64,000 nucleotides of DNA from Octopus vulgaris (GCA_951406725.2 OX597814.1:145390001-145454000); one strand, 5' to 3'. Positions 1 through 12,883 are shown, counted from the stretch's first letter. The notes: generated by a model not told the origin, from the sequence alone. Program-made: numbers and translations.

Positions 1-546
1 TTTCTTAGAGTATCGGCTACCCAATGCTATCATGCAGTGGTACTTCTTCGGATAACCTGATATACATGTAGAAATCCGGAAAAAGTTACTTATCTCCACA
101 TATATACACCAGTAACAGTCGTATTGTATACTAGCCTTTGGCAGCCAATAACGAGGGGGATCTTTGAAAAGCACACTATAAGGTTTTTAACCAGATTACA
201 CAGACAAACGCACACGCACATACACACACACACACACATACCCACCCGCATATGTGTTTGTGTGCGTGTGTGTAAAATAAAAGCAAACTTCAGTTGAATT
301 ATGTACTTAAGTTTAGGCAACTCGTTAGGTCGGAATAATATACACACAGAAAAATATTATGGAAATATCAACTTTGGTACAGAAGTCCCGGCAGAATTTT
401 ATTCTTGTTGTGCATGCAGACAATTTGACCCAGCTGAGTATATAATCCGCTCTTGAGAAGTTCAGACATGTACATTTTATTAAATACACAGTCCATAAAA
501 TACTTCAGAATTAGCGAAGGGCATGTTCTGAGATAGTTGAATAAAA

Positions 547-913
547 GCAGGAGTGGCTCAGTGGCAATAAGCTTGCTTCCTAATCACATGGTTCCGGGTT
601 CAGTCCTACTGCGTGGCATCATCGGCCAGTGTTTCATTTTTTACTATAGCCTCGGGCCGACCATTGAGTGCATTTGGTAGACGGAAACTGAAAGAAGCCC
701 GTCGTATTTATATATGTTTATATATTTATGTGTGTGTGTCTCTGTGTCTGTCCCCCCCATCACCGCTTGAAAATCGGTGTTGGTGCATTTACGTCCCCGT
801 AAACTAGCTGTTCGGTAAAAGTGACCGATAGAATAAATACTAGGTTTACAATATAAGTACTGGGGTCGATTCCTTCTTCTAAAACCTCAAGGCTGAAACA
901 AGTCAAAGATAAA
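547..913 (+). mobile_element. tRNA-derived SINE, family A (octopus-type)
   Basis: Box A-like GTGGCTCAGTGG and box B-like GGTTCAGTCC, internal TA/TG tract, 3' GGGGTCGAT module; about 10 related copies or fragments in the window (e.g. 4341-4747). Confidence 0.85.
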
Positions 914-921
914 ACATGAAA

Positions 922-1020
<99 letters not shown>
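922..1020. repeat. (TCTA)n microsatellite
   Basis: Pure tetranucleotide tract. Confidence 0.98.
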
Positions 1021-1030
1021 ATTCGTTTGA

Positions 1031-1236
1031 ATTTTGCCACAAGGCCAGAATTTTGAGAGGAGGTGGAAAGCTGATCATGTCCACTCCAGTGTTTCGATGA
1101 TACTTTATTTCATCGGCCATGAAACGATTAATTGCAATGCCGATCTCGTCGGTATTTTAATTGAAGATGTAATCAGAGAGAAGAAATACAGCTACGTAGT
1201 TTCTCCGACGCTCTAAAGTTTCTCTGAGCCCGCCTT
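1031..1236 (-). mobile_element. Decayed SINE family D copy
   Basis: Colinear similarity to younger copies at 31792-32024 and 40392-40786. Confidence 0.6.
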
Positions 1237-1244
1237 ATATGCTG

Positions 1245-1520
1245 TATAGAGCGTCGGGATCACAAACATGAGGTAGTGAATTCAATTCCCGGAGAGGGCT
1301 GTGTGTTGCGCTCATGGGCAAGACTCTGTATTTCACGTTGCTCCAGTTCACTCAGCCGTAGAAACGAGTTGCGATGTCACTGCTGCCAAGCTGTATCAGC
1401 CTTTACCTTCCCTTGGATAACATCGGTGGTCTTCCATAATAAAACTTGCCCGGGTTTTGCCTAAGAGGGGAACTTTCTATGTGCAATCTCATATTCATCC
1501 ATGATCGAAGGAAGTCTTTA
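1245..1520 (+). mobile_element. tRNA-derived SINE, family C
   Basis: tRNA-like head then GGGCAAGAC..TATTTCACGTTGCTCCAGTTCACTCAGC core shared with 46313-46634 and 59804-60045. Confidence 0.7.
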
Positions 1521-1528
1521 CTCGTTAT

Positions 1529-1530
<2 letters not shown>

Positions 1531-1583
<53 letters not shown>
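1531..1583. repeat. (AAT)n microsatellite
   Basis: Pure tract. Confidence 0.98.
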
Positions 1584-1585
<2 letters not shown>

Positions 1586-2679
1586 GGGAGTATAACTCCA
1601 AGCTTACAGGGAAAAATTCAATTTAGTATTAAATCAAGTTTCACAATATAAATATATATATATATATATATAAATTTGAGAAAAACCACTATCATTGTTT
1701 GAATTGCATAATAGTGGTATATATATATGTATATATATGTATGTGTGTGTGTGTGTGTTTGTGTGTGAGAGTTAAGGGGTGTTGATGTAGGTACGAGTGC
1801 ATCTTTAAGATCGTTCTAGTCATACAAACACACACACGCACACATCTCTGTGTGTATGTTTGTGTGTATGTGAATATGTGCATAATGCAAATTTTACTTC
1901 ACGCATTTATTGTCTGCTTGCATAAATGGAGAGCAACATATCATTCAAACATATATAGCGGAGCTTGTGGATTTTACATAAGATTGTTAACGATTTGACC
2001 GACGGAGAAAATTTATTAGAGTATTTAATATTATCATTCTCCCTTCTGAGTTCTAATCCATATGAAGTCCGATTTTCTATTTTATGAAAAAAAAAAAAAA
2101 AAATACTACAGGATAAGATATCTATATTCCTTGGAAATTTGTAATGGCCTGCGTTGCCAATAAATAAAGCAATACATAATGGAAGAAAGAACGAAAGAAT
2201 TAAAGCAAGAAAGAAAATAAGGAAGAAATAGGGGGAATATAAGAAAAGAAGCGTATAAAAAAGTCACTAAGATCCTGTGCCATTGGGCTAGAGGATTTTT
2301 TTGATATTACTGACGTTTGATGTGAAGTCAATAGATATATCTGATATTTCTTTTGAATCTGTGAATAAGAGCGCCATAGCACGCAAACCTATCTCACATT
2401 ACAAAATTCATTTACTTTTTTTTATGCCCAAAGGTGCTCCTTTTCTTCTTTTTTACTGACTTCAGTAATTGGACAACTGCCATGCTACTCCTTCAAAGAT
2501 TTTTTTAGTCAATTATATCGACCCCAGAACTTATCTCAATCTCGTACTCACTGTTTCGAACTTTAGTTAGATATTAACTACCACATAAATTTACAAGGGG
2601 CCGTTAAAGAGACCTAACTCGACATATTACTTTTCCTTGTCATGCCATATATAATACACACACACACACACACACACAC

Positions 2680-2741
<62 letters not shown>

Positions 2742-3833
2742 ATATATATATATCACACTGTGGGATTGAACCTGAAACTGCATACGTGGTTGTGAAACGA
2801 ATTTCTTTTTGGGCAGAGGCACGTGTGCTCCTATTAAGAATCTCATTTTCACTTTAACATTCTCATTAATGTTGTTTAATTTGATTTCAAATTTACATAT
2901 TTTTTTCTGTCACGTATTTAATATATATATTTTCCTTTTTTTTTCTACCGCTGATATAATTCGTACATTTTCAACATTTTCTACTAGTGTTGTAATTTTC
3001 ATATTTTCTCTTTTCCACGAGCTATGTAATTTATAAATGTTGAATTATTGACATGTAATAAACGCGTTACTTTTAAATTCATTTTTCAATATTTTTGCAA
3101 AAGCAATTAGTAAGCAACATAAATATCACAACTCACTTTAAGCCCTGTATTGCAGCAATTTATATTAAAGTGCTCTGCTAGTGCCCTTTGGAAAGTCAGA
3201 AACAAAAGAATATCTTTTGTAATATAAAATTTTAAAATGTTCGTGAATATCATTAAATCCTTTTTTTGCGAAAACTTTGCTGAAATGTAAATTAATCTTT
3301 AACTGAAACCTGATGTATTTAGATTATAGAGATTTTAGTTTTATATTAGAATCGCATCTTATCATTTTACACCTGTAAAATAATCACTAAGAATATTAGT
3401 AGCAGTTAAATGAAATCTAAGTTATACATACTCTAATCTTATTTTTGCGTAAAAATGGGCCAAACATTGAAATCTCTATAATTCGCGGATTGGGAAAGAT
3501 TGTTGAAACACAACAAGATCACTATCATTATTGTCTAAGTTTCAGGCTGCCGATGTAAAAAACTAAATCAGGCACGAAAAGATTAATTTAAATGTAAAAG
3601 AGAAAAGAGCTACACCAAGAATTAGGTTTTCAGGTAACAGATAATATAAAATCATGGAGGAATTATAAAGTAATCTTATTTTCATGAAAAGTAGAATGAG
3701 ATTTAAATAAACATGAAGCTAAAACAAAACTAAATAGGTCTGAAATTAACACTAAAAACAGCCTAGTCTCAACAGTGTGTTGGTTAAACCGATTAAAATA
3801 GACAAAGAAATAACAGGACTTGGGATTAAAATG

Positions 3834-3966
<133 letters not shown>

Positions 3967-4340
3967 ATAGGATAGCAACGTACATTTCTGGGCTTTAGAC
4001 AATTGTGCTTGGTTAAGAATTGAGATACAAGAATATTCTTAGATTCTAGAGATTAATTTTATTCAAAAGTTGAATTCTCTGTTGTATCGTTACAAATGTG
4101 TATCTTTATAACGAAGCGGGAAGATATTAGAAACGTCGAATTGCAGTCAAAGAAAATCTATGATCAGAAAATACATTTTTTATATATTTGTGGTGAAGGG
4201 AAATATGTCATATACTCATAAGCAAGTATATATATTTATATACCTGTGTATGTATGTGTGTGAGAGAGAGCGTCTATGTATATCTATATGCTTATATATA
4301 ATAATAAAATATAATAATATAATAATAAAATATTATGTTT

Positions 4341-4744
4341 AGGTACAGGTATGGCTGTATGGTAAGAAGTTTGCTTCCCAACCACATGGTTCCGGGTTCA
4401 GTCCCACTGCGTGGCACCTTGGGCAAGTGTCTTCTACTATAGCCTCGGACCGACCTAAGCCTTGTGAGTGGATTTGGTAGACGGAACCTGAAAGAAGCGT
4501 ATGTATATATACGTGTATGTGTCGGTGTTTCTCCCCCTAGCATCACTTGACAACACATGTTGGTGTCTTTACGTCACTGTAACTTAGCGGTTGGGCAAAA
4601 GAAACCGATAGAATAAGTACTAAGCTTACAAAGAATAAGTCCTGGAGTCGATTTGTCCGACTAAAGGCGGTATTCCACCATCGCTGCAGTCAAATGACTG
4701 GTACAACTCAAAGAATGAAAGAAGAAAAGAAGAAAAGAATAAAA

Positions 4745-4747
<3 letters not shown>
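4341..4747 (+). mobile_element. tRNA-derived SINE, family A, full length
   Basis: Head TGGCTGTATGGTAAGAAG..GGTTCAGTCCC, body, and AAAAGAA(T) repeat tail followed by (TA)n. Confidence 0.9.
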
Positions 4748-4826
<79 letters not shown>

Positions 4827-4930
4827 TATATATATATATATAATATGTGTTGTATATATATATATATAAATTTAAAAAAATCAGAATATGAAGAAAACTT
4901 TAGATCAACAAACAGACAAATTGGCCCAAA

Positions 4931-4969
4931 GCATGACGACATTTCAGTGACATAACACTTCTTACGGCC
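4931..4969 (-). ncRNA. Degenerate hammerhead ribozyme relic
   Basis: Minus strand GGC-CGTAAGA-AGTG ttatgt CACT-GAAA-TGTCG-TC-ATGC: stem II, GAAA and GUC present, CUGANGA box mutated. Confidence 0.35.
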
Positions 4970-5485
4970 ATTTCCGCTTCCAATGTCTGTCGGTGCCTAC
5001 AAAAGAATTAAGAAAATAATATTCGACATCTTCATAGAATATTCGAACTGGTAGATGATGTCTTATCAGAGTGCATAAAAAAGCGTCAAATAAAATGAAG
5101 GGAAGCGGGAATAGGAAATAACATGGCCTCGAGAAAAAGCCAGGTGGCTCAATATATGAAAATCATACCATCTTCCAGTGTAGGGCTTCGAAGTCGATAG
5201 GCAAAAGAGTGATGAATCAGTGGTCTAGGGAAATATTTACGGGTTATTTCTAAATAAAGCGGGGAACCAGGATGTTTGAATAGTTGTGGAATGAATTTAG
5301 CACTAAGACTCAGAAACTAGTCTCTGGATGCAGGCTTAGCTGGGTGGAGATGCTTATCTACCCCTTGTAAACCTAAAGACACAGGAAATGTGTCAAGGGG
5401 AAGCGTTGCTGCTTCCTAGGGTTAAATAGCAGAGGTGTGATTCCCTTCATGAGACTGTCAAATTAAGTTGACAGTATACAACTAC

Positions 5486-5521
<36 letters not shown>

Positions 5522-5544
5522 TATATATATATATATATATATAT

Positions 5545-5864
5545 AAGTTTAAATATTTGTTGTGCAAGATTTTTTATGTGAAGTCGTGTGTTGAAACAGA
5601 TATTGTTATATTTCGGAATGGTCATATTGCCAGTTTAGCCAATAAATACAAAATGGCTGACGGTTAGTAAGGAGAGACACAAATAAGTGAGAAGAAAACA
5701 AAGGACCACTGATGAGGTCACAGGAGTGTGACGAAAGAACTTTGGCCGAAATAAGATTAAGATTAATGTAAAAAATAAATATCACTGAAGCAAAATAACA
5801 CCAAATATATAGTGCGTGTGTTTTTATTGGCTAAACTGGCAATATGACCATTCCGAAATATAAC

Positions 5865-5865
<1 letters not shown>
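5545..5865 (+). mobile_element. Fold-back element (Penelope pseudo-LTR or retrozyme-like) between (TA)n tracts
   Basis: Perfect 43-bp inverted repeat 5604-5646 / 5823-5865 enclosing an HHR motif; (TA)n on both sides. Confidence 0.65.
5703..5747 (+). ncRNA. Type I minimal hammerhead ribozyme
   Basis: GGACCA-CTGATGA-G-GTCACA ggag TGTGAC-GAAA-GAAC-TT-TGGCC: intact core boxes, perfect 6-bp stem II, short stem III, stem I with one mismatch. Confidence 0.75.
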
Positions 5866-5895
<30 letters not shown>

Positions 5896-7255
5896 CATAC
5901 ATATATATGTATACATACACATATACATGCACATACATACATATATACATACATACACACACATATATATATAATGTGTGTTCGTGTGTGTGAATGTCTG
6001 TGCCTGCCTGGGTATCCGTGTATATGTTTGTTGCTTGTGTCTGATATTTGTAAGAGCTATAGTTATCTATGTTATACCAACGGAAAGCTACCTTGCAAAA
6101 TGTCTATCGTGTAATTCGTGAATGCCGTGCGCTTATCACACCTAAATGCACTGCACATACTACTGTAGTGTTAATTCTTTACTGCTGGTATACAGTTGAG
6201 ATTTCATTTACTAAAAATTAGAATTAACTGATTTAGAAACTGCGTAAGCATTAAAACAACCCATACAGAACTGACTATCAACCAGAAAGATATGCATAGC
6301 AGTTTTATACACTTAGCATTACATTTTTACTTCCATATCTTTTTCTGCTTATCTATTATAGCTGTTATTTCCTCTACTAAATTCAAACTTTGAGCTTTAT
6401 CATTTGCCTAGCAAGAATCATATGTAATAGAATGTATTATAGCTGATAATGAAGGGATTGTATTAGAGTATAGAAAAACCATCGACAATTATAGACGGGA
6501 GTAGGGTTGTGTAGTTACAAGTTTTGTTTAGTAACGCTGTTTCTACGTGTTCAGCTTCATTACGCGGTATCTTGGATAAGTGGCTTCTGTTTTGTGAGCG
6601 AAATTAGTTGAGGGAAACTCGGTGTTAACACATCGTATACATGCATAGTACACATACCCCCACGAACACACACATACACATACATGCACACACACATACA
6701 CATACACACACACACATATAAGCAAGTCCTTTGGCTAAATGCGATCAATAATATTCATTTCAAGATTGCAGAATTCTTAGGCTATTTCGGCTAAACTAAA
6801 AATTTCACTTACATATTTAGGTAGGCAAGTGTTAAAATTTGTCGAGAGAAAAATTTAAATTCTCTCGACTAGTACAAAAACGATACAAAGTTTCTTTGTA
6901 TGTCAGTAACTAATTTTACATTTTCCTCATTTTATATTCTACCGCCGAAAATATATCCACTAACACTTCTTATACACCAAAACAACCAAAATCCACAAAT
7001 GAATGCATTTAATTACTTTTACTGCGTCTAAAATACATCTACATTTGAAATGTTACACGCCATCCACATACCAGGATATAACTAGTATTTCTAACAAATT
7101 GAATTAGCGTTCAGGAGCGGAGGAAACCAACGAAACTTTTAAGTAGTATTTAAACAATGTTATCGTAAAAAATATACTTTATACTCTGCATATAGGTATC
7201 GACTGATTTCTCTGTTTCGGTTTGTAATGCACATTTTGGTTGTAATTAAATAAAT

Positions 7256-7316
<61 letters not shown>

Positions 7317-7318
<2 letters not shown>

Positions 7319-7590
7319 TGCATGACCTTCAAAACGTGGAGTAGATGAAATTAGGTCGACTGAAGAAGGGGAATTTTCCTTGTTTTGTATGTCCTGTACT
7401 CTATTTTTTCGTTGTTTAAAAAAAAATGTACATTTCCTTGGTTTTGTGTTTATGTTTTCGTTTCTCATTGTGTTTGACGTTTTTTTGGGGTGTCCTGTAC
7501 CCATATATGCATGTATATATACATGTAGAGGTAGGTACGTACATATATGTATGTATATATGCATATGTTTTATTTATTTATTAATTTATG
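7317..7590 (+). mobile_element. Interspersed repeat in (TA)n, pseudo-LTR-like, with partial HHR boxes
   Basis: Flanked by (TA)n; 3' end homologous (reverse complement) to 48901-48985; contains (G>A)AAAC-GTGGA-GTA and CTGAAGA-AGGGG. Confidence 0.5.
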
Positions 7591-7604
7591 TATATATATA
7601 TATA

Positions 7605-7694
<90 letters not shown>

Positions 7695-7738
7695 CATACA
7701 TACATACACACATACATACATACATACATACATACATA

Positions 7739-7963
7739 CAGGGTTTCCACAAAAAAAAAGGCCCTGAGCTGCGTTGCAGTGCGGTGGCAGCCATCTTGCA
7801 TTTCCATGCGTTCATGGCAAAGATGGTAAGTCACTTTAAAAGAAAAGAAAAGAAAATACTATTGTTTGTGAATCTGTCGACACCATATTAATTAAGATAT
7901 TAGAATAACTTTAAAAAAAATCATAGCATCATGAAATCAGGGAATGTTTTTGTGGGCACCCTC
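7739..7963. mobile_element. Tc1/mariner-type MITE
   Basis: TIRs CAGGGTTTCCACAAAAA / TTTTTGTGGGCACCCT, preceded by TA. Confidence 0.75.
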
Positions 7964-7970
7964 TCTCTCT

Positions 7971-8090
<120 letters not shown>

Positions 8091-8110
8091 ACGCATACAG
8101 ATATATATAT

Positions 8111-8149
<39 letters not shown>

Positions 8150-8157
8150 CAGTAAAG

Positions 8158-10138
8158 TTTATTTGCCAATGTCAAGTGGCAGTTCTGATTAGGATGAATG
8201 TTACTGCTATTTAGCCAGGTCTCAGCTTGATCCATGTACCAATGTCAGTGATCTGAGGACGTCGAGGAAACATGCTTGCTTCCATTTCGCTTTCAGGCCA
8301 CGCACATTCAAACAGCCACGGTTAAGTGCAGCTATTAAAAACAATGGGAAAAAAGCAAGGGTTCTACTTACCCTTAACTGTTGATGTTGGGGTTGACCTC
8401 AACACACGTGAGGCCGCCTCTTCCTTCTCTTCCTTCTTCAGGTACCAGGGCAGCGCTATAATCTTCCTCGTGTTCTTCGGATGCCTCTCCTTCAGCTGTC
8501 TATATAGGGATTCCCCTATCCAGTCACACCCCTCGTCCATACCCCCATGTTGAGGGTATATTTTAGTCATATGATGGCTTTTGATTACTTCATTCATGTA
8601 AATGTCTTTAGTATTGTATTCTACCAAAAATTTTATCGTCTTTTCCTTTTCCTGGGACGATTGGGTGGGGTCTTTTTTCGTTATTTGAGGTGAAATGATG
8701 CTTTTTCTTGTGGGGGATGTGGGTGGGAAAGGTGCATATGTTCGTTTCCGAACTGTCGTGAACTCCCCCTCAGCCACCCCCATGGTGTTGTCTGGGGGAG
8801 TTTTGTTTTTTCTACAACAGGTGCCTCAGATTTCAGGGGTGGGTGGGTAATTTTGTTTTTGTAGGGACTTGTGTGTGCAGCGGTTGGGTCTTTTTGTTGT
8901 TTTGGTTGAGGGTCGGCACCGCAGTGGAGAGGGTCGGAGTCTTTATCTTTGTGGGGGCTGGTGTTTGTGTGGGAGCATGGGGCTGTTTTTCCTCTCTCTC
9001 TCTCTTTTCTTTCCTTCGCAGTCAAACCGAATGTGGCCCTTGTTTCGGCACCCATATGAGGTGGGGTTTTTTTTCCTTCCACCTGAATTCAGAGGACCAC
9101 ATTCTCACCCACGAATAATCTATCTGGAAGCATTTCTATATCCTCCGGTGCCGCCTGAATTATGGCTGGAATGCTTTATCCCAGCCAGTTCTGGGGAGCA
9201 GAGCATGTTATCTGGAAAAATTTAAATTTGTGTCCTGTTAAACAAAGGCGGGGGGTCCCTCACTCTACGTTGGTCGATATCCGGTGGCACTTCTGTCACC
9301 TTTACACGGGAAGTGCGCCTCCTCATGTGGGTTTGGCAGAAGCACCATCACCTTTGTTTTCAGGGGGATCACAGAGTGCCTCTGGGCCATCTCTTCGGTT
9401 GCGAACCTGATTTCAATTGTCGCATATGCCTTTCCCCTCTCGATGTATGCAATGTCCTTCCACATAGGGGCCAAGCATTTCTCTATTTTGTCTTTTTCAA
9501 AATGTTTAAAGCCTTTCTTCTATGGACAGTGAGATTTGAACATTAATGTTTTCTTTTTTGTCTCTGTGGCGTTGGAGGTGGGTGGTATCTTAATATCACT
9601 GTTCTCCTTCTTCATTCTTCCGAAATATTCTTCCAGTTTTTCAACTGGAATTTCTATGGTTTCAGTTGCCACTCAGCAACATGCGAAAAAGTTTTTGCAG
9701 TGCTGGCACCACCGCCAACATGGACACCACTTTCTTCGAGAGCGCATTTTTCTTTAACAATTTCGACTTTGATAATTTTCGACTGACACACTTGGTCGAA
9801 ATTAATTCAATAAAGACAAATATATCGCTGCCACTTAAAGGAGTAAGCCTATAATAAATGTTCCTGTAATAGAAAATAATAGTTTCAATCCTACCCTCGC
9901 AAGGAGTGGGGTAGAAAAACTAAGTCTAAAACGACTTAAAACAGTTCAAATTTTTACACAAAATTCAAAATCCAATGCCACAATGGCTGCAGAAATATGT
10001 TAAACAGTTCCTATTTCCCGGTATACCGGGGAATAGTAAAAACAAATACGGCTCAACAAATACAACGCTAATAATCCCCCAAAATATTAATCCAACAATA
10101 GCAAAACGCTTACCAGCACAAATAACACAACCACGTCA
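8158..10138 (-). mobile_element. LINE-derived element encoding only a decayed ORF1 (HAL1-like)
   Basis: Higher-GC 2-kb island with a broken ORF; minus-strand AATAAA at 8158-8163 followed by (CT)n; no ORF2 motifs seen. Confidence 0.65.
8364..9723 (-). pseudogene. Decayed LINE ORF1/gag-like protein (RRM-like region, CCHC zinc knuckle, Pro/Thr/Lys-rich tail)
   Basis: Across frameshifts: ATIEIRFATEEMA..RVKVTEVPPDI (9276-9308)..IQVEG..[S]YGCRNKGHIRFDC (9018-9059; CX2CX4HX4C with first Cys lost). Confidence 0.7.
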
Positions 10139-10140
10139 TA

Positions 10141-10180
10141 TGACCGGAAGCAAGCTTCTTACCACACAGCCACGCCTGCA
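10141..10180 (-). mobile_element. SINE family A 5' head fragment
   Basis: Reverse complement GCAGGCGTGGCTGTGTGGTAAGAAGCTTGCTTCC matches the family A head. Confidence 0.8.
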
Positions 10181-10352
10181 TCTATGCCACACAACCACGC
10201 AGTGCATTTGCGTGTATGTCTATTATACATATGTTTGTGTATGTGTATTAATGTGTGCATGCATGTCTGTGTATGAAATTTACTTCAAGCGCTGCGCACC
10301 TGCGTTCACGTATTTACGTAGCCATCATGCATGTATATATATATATATATAT

Positions 10353-10658
10353 GGAGGCGCAATAGCCCAGTGGTTAGGGCAGCGGACTCGCGGTCGTAGG
10401 ATCGCAGTTTCGATTCCTAGATCGGGCGTTGTGAGTGTTTATTGAGCGAAAACACCTAAAGCTCCACGATGCTCCGGCAGGGGATGGTGGCGAATTCTGC
10501 TGTACTCTTTCGCCACAACTTTCTCTCACTCTTTCTTCTGTTGGCCTGCTCGCTTAGCCAGCGGGGTGGCGTCATTTAAAGGCTAAAACAATGCGAAGCG
10601 CATTGTGACCAACGATGTGTATTAACATCTGATAGCCTGGTCGGTCACGGTGATCACG

Positions 10659-10662
<4 letters not shown>
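10353..10662 (+). mobile_element. tRNA-derived SINE, family B, full length, inserted in (TA)n
   Basis: TAGCCCAGTGGTTAGGGC box A, GTTTCGATTCC box B, tail CACGGTGAT x2; head also at 42410-42474. Confidence 0.9.
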
Positions 10663-10701
<39 letters not shown>

Positions 10702-11753
10702 TGCTATTAAGTTAGACATGGCATGGACCAATCTCTGGTCGAAACATATCTAAGTTTTATCTAAGTTTTATATATATATATATATATATGTATATACATC
10801 ACACCAAAAGTAAACTGCCTGAACGCATGCACACACACACACACACATGCATACATACGCGCGCGCATTTATAACTGTTTATCCTTGGTATGTATTTAAA
10901 AAAAAAAATAACAAGGGGTAAGAAAATTAAAATACGTTCTGTATCTTCAAAGCGTTTAAATAATTGTACTGTTTAAATTATTAATTCTAATTAGCGTCAC
11001 CGGACTTTTCTTGTTTTTTTCCTTGATGAAAATTGCTACTTTTTTTGGTACCGCTGCTGTACCAGTAGCTTAAGATTTTTTGTTTTTTATTTGTTTTAAA
11101 TTTTGTTTATGTATTTTGCTGTTTATCACTTTGCCGAGAGTGCTTTGTTATCACGTTGGTTGCTATCCTTATGTCCTATATCATGGATATTATTAAAATT
11201 GAATACCTTCTCTCAGTATAGTTTTTGCTATATTCTTGTAAACATTCGTGCGGCTTTTTGATTTTGCTTTTCGAGTTACTTTATTAAATTTCGAGAGTAT
11301 ATTATTTTTATTATTTTTTTACCTCCCGATTGCGGAAAGTCCTGATTGAGAAAATCCGTTGATTTATAGCATGCAAGCAATAGACTGTCAAATGTCTTCC
11401 CTAATCAGTTTGCATAGTATTATGCAATAATTACTTCTTTTGAAATATGGAGGCTATGGAGTAGATAACATTTGGAGGCTAGGCTTTCTACGAGGCTTAA
11501 GTTACCTGCTCCTGAGAATGTTGTGTTTCTTTAACGTCAAGTCAAACCTGAGAGAGCAGACGTCACATTAGATTTATTGCAGTTGTGACCATACCATCTT
11601 CTGTTTCTGCCACAATATAAACCACATAACACTTTTAATATAACCTAGTATTTGCTTTACAGACGGGTTTCTACACGGCTAGCCAACCTGTCATTTGGAG
11701 CAAAACAGTTCACCCTGTAGAAACAGTATTGTTAGCTTGAGGCTTTAAAAACC

Positions 11754-11817
<64 letters not shown>

Positions 11818-12883
11818 GTGTGTATGTATTTATAGTGTGTATGTATTTATAGTGATATACGTATTCATATACTATACACACTATGCCCTGAATTTGGAAT
11901 ATATAGTACTGAAATGTTGGGTTTATTCTATTCATCAATAAAACATTGAACGGCAAATGTAGAAGGAACGGAAATCCATTTGAAGGCACCTGTAGTCTAG
12001 TTTGAGGGAACGAAATTACCTTAAAAACATTAACCGGACCCGAATGCTTGCATCAGAGTGCACACAAGACCCAAGAAATGGATTGGTACAATGTTTCGAA
12101 TGGGATTTCACACTAACTTTGTTTACAAAATTTCATTCATAAGGCATTGCTCATGAAACTTTCGTTGGGTGCAGCGCAATGAAATCAGACTAGAAACCAC
12201 CCAATCCTGAAACGAAATTCTCAAACAACCTAGCCATCTCTTCATCCTATGCATTTCTCTCTTTATGCACCATATCTACACACATTAGCAATCCTGAACA
12301 TCCTTAGCAAAATCAGAAGATTCAAGCTTTTCTAGAGAAAGATATAACAATAGTTTGGTGCCTCATTGTTTCATTATGGCATGTTTATTGTGCTAGACTC
12401 ATGTTCTCGTGAGCTTACCCTTGTGACACTGGATCTATGTAACCTTTTGACTGGGTATGTCTACTCATCGGTGGGTCTGTTTGACATATTCTAGAGGCGA
12501 GCTTCTTTCTATTCCCCTATGCCTTGGTCATCAAATCTTCAACTAATTGAGCCCATATTGGGGTCCTTGAAAAGTGCTACTTCTCGTGCCCAGAACAGGC
12601 CTAGAAGTTGTGAGGACGGAGGAGTAACTATTACTTTCACAAACGCTTAACCTATCTAACTCAAGCCTCAGCAACGGATGCAGATTAATGTTTTGTAAGA
12701 ACAAATGCGTTAATTTGTCGAATTTCGAAAAAATAGCACACAATATCTGTGTTAAGACACCTTTAAACAATTATCCTCTATTAACAACGGCCTGTCTAGA
12801 TGGATTACTTTGCCATAACCATGGGCAAATTAGAGGACTACTATGGACGACTAAATACTAAGAATTTCCCCTCCCCGACCTTA

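Noticed and set aside
50-90. CTGATA-TACATGTA-GAAA-TCCGGA hammerhead-like string
   Set aside because: Core lacks G8 and there is no UH cleavage site
3285-3595. Degenerate inverted repeats suggesting an old MITE
   Set aside because: AT-rich with only patchy pairing; termini not definable
10353-10430. tRNA gene
   Set aside because: The tRNA-like head continues into a SINE body and tail, with no proper acceptor stem or terminator
12340-12770. ORF ending PQYGLN, and an adjacent possible RTE tail
   Set aside because: Resemblance to PLE or RTE C-termini is too weak and needs assumed frameshifts
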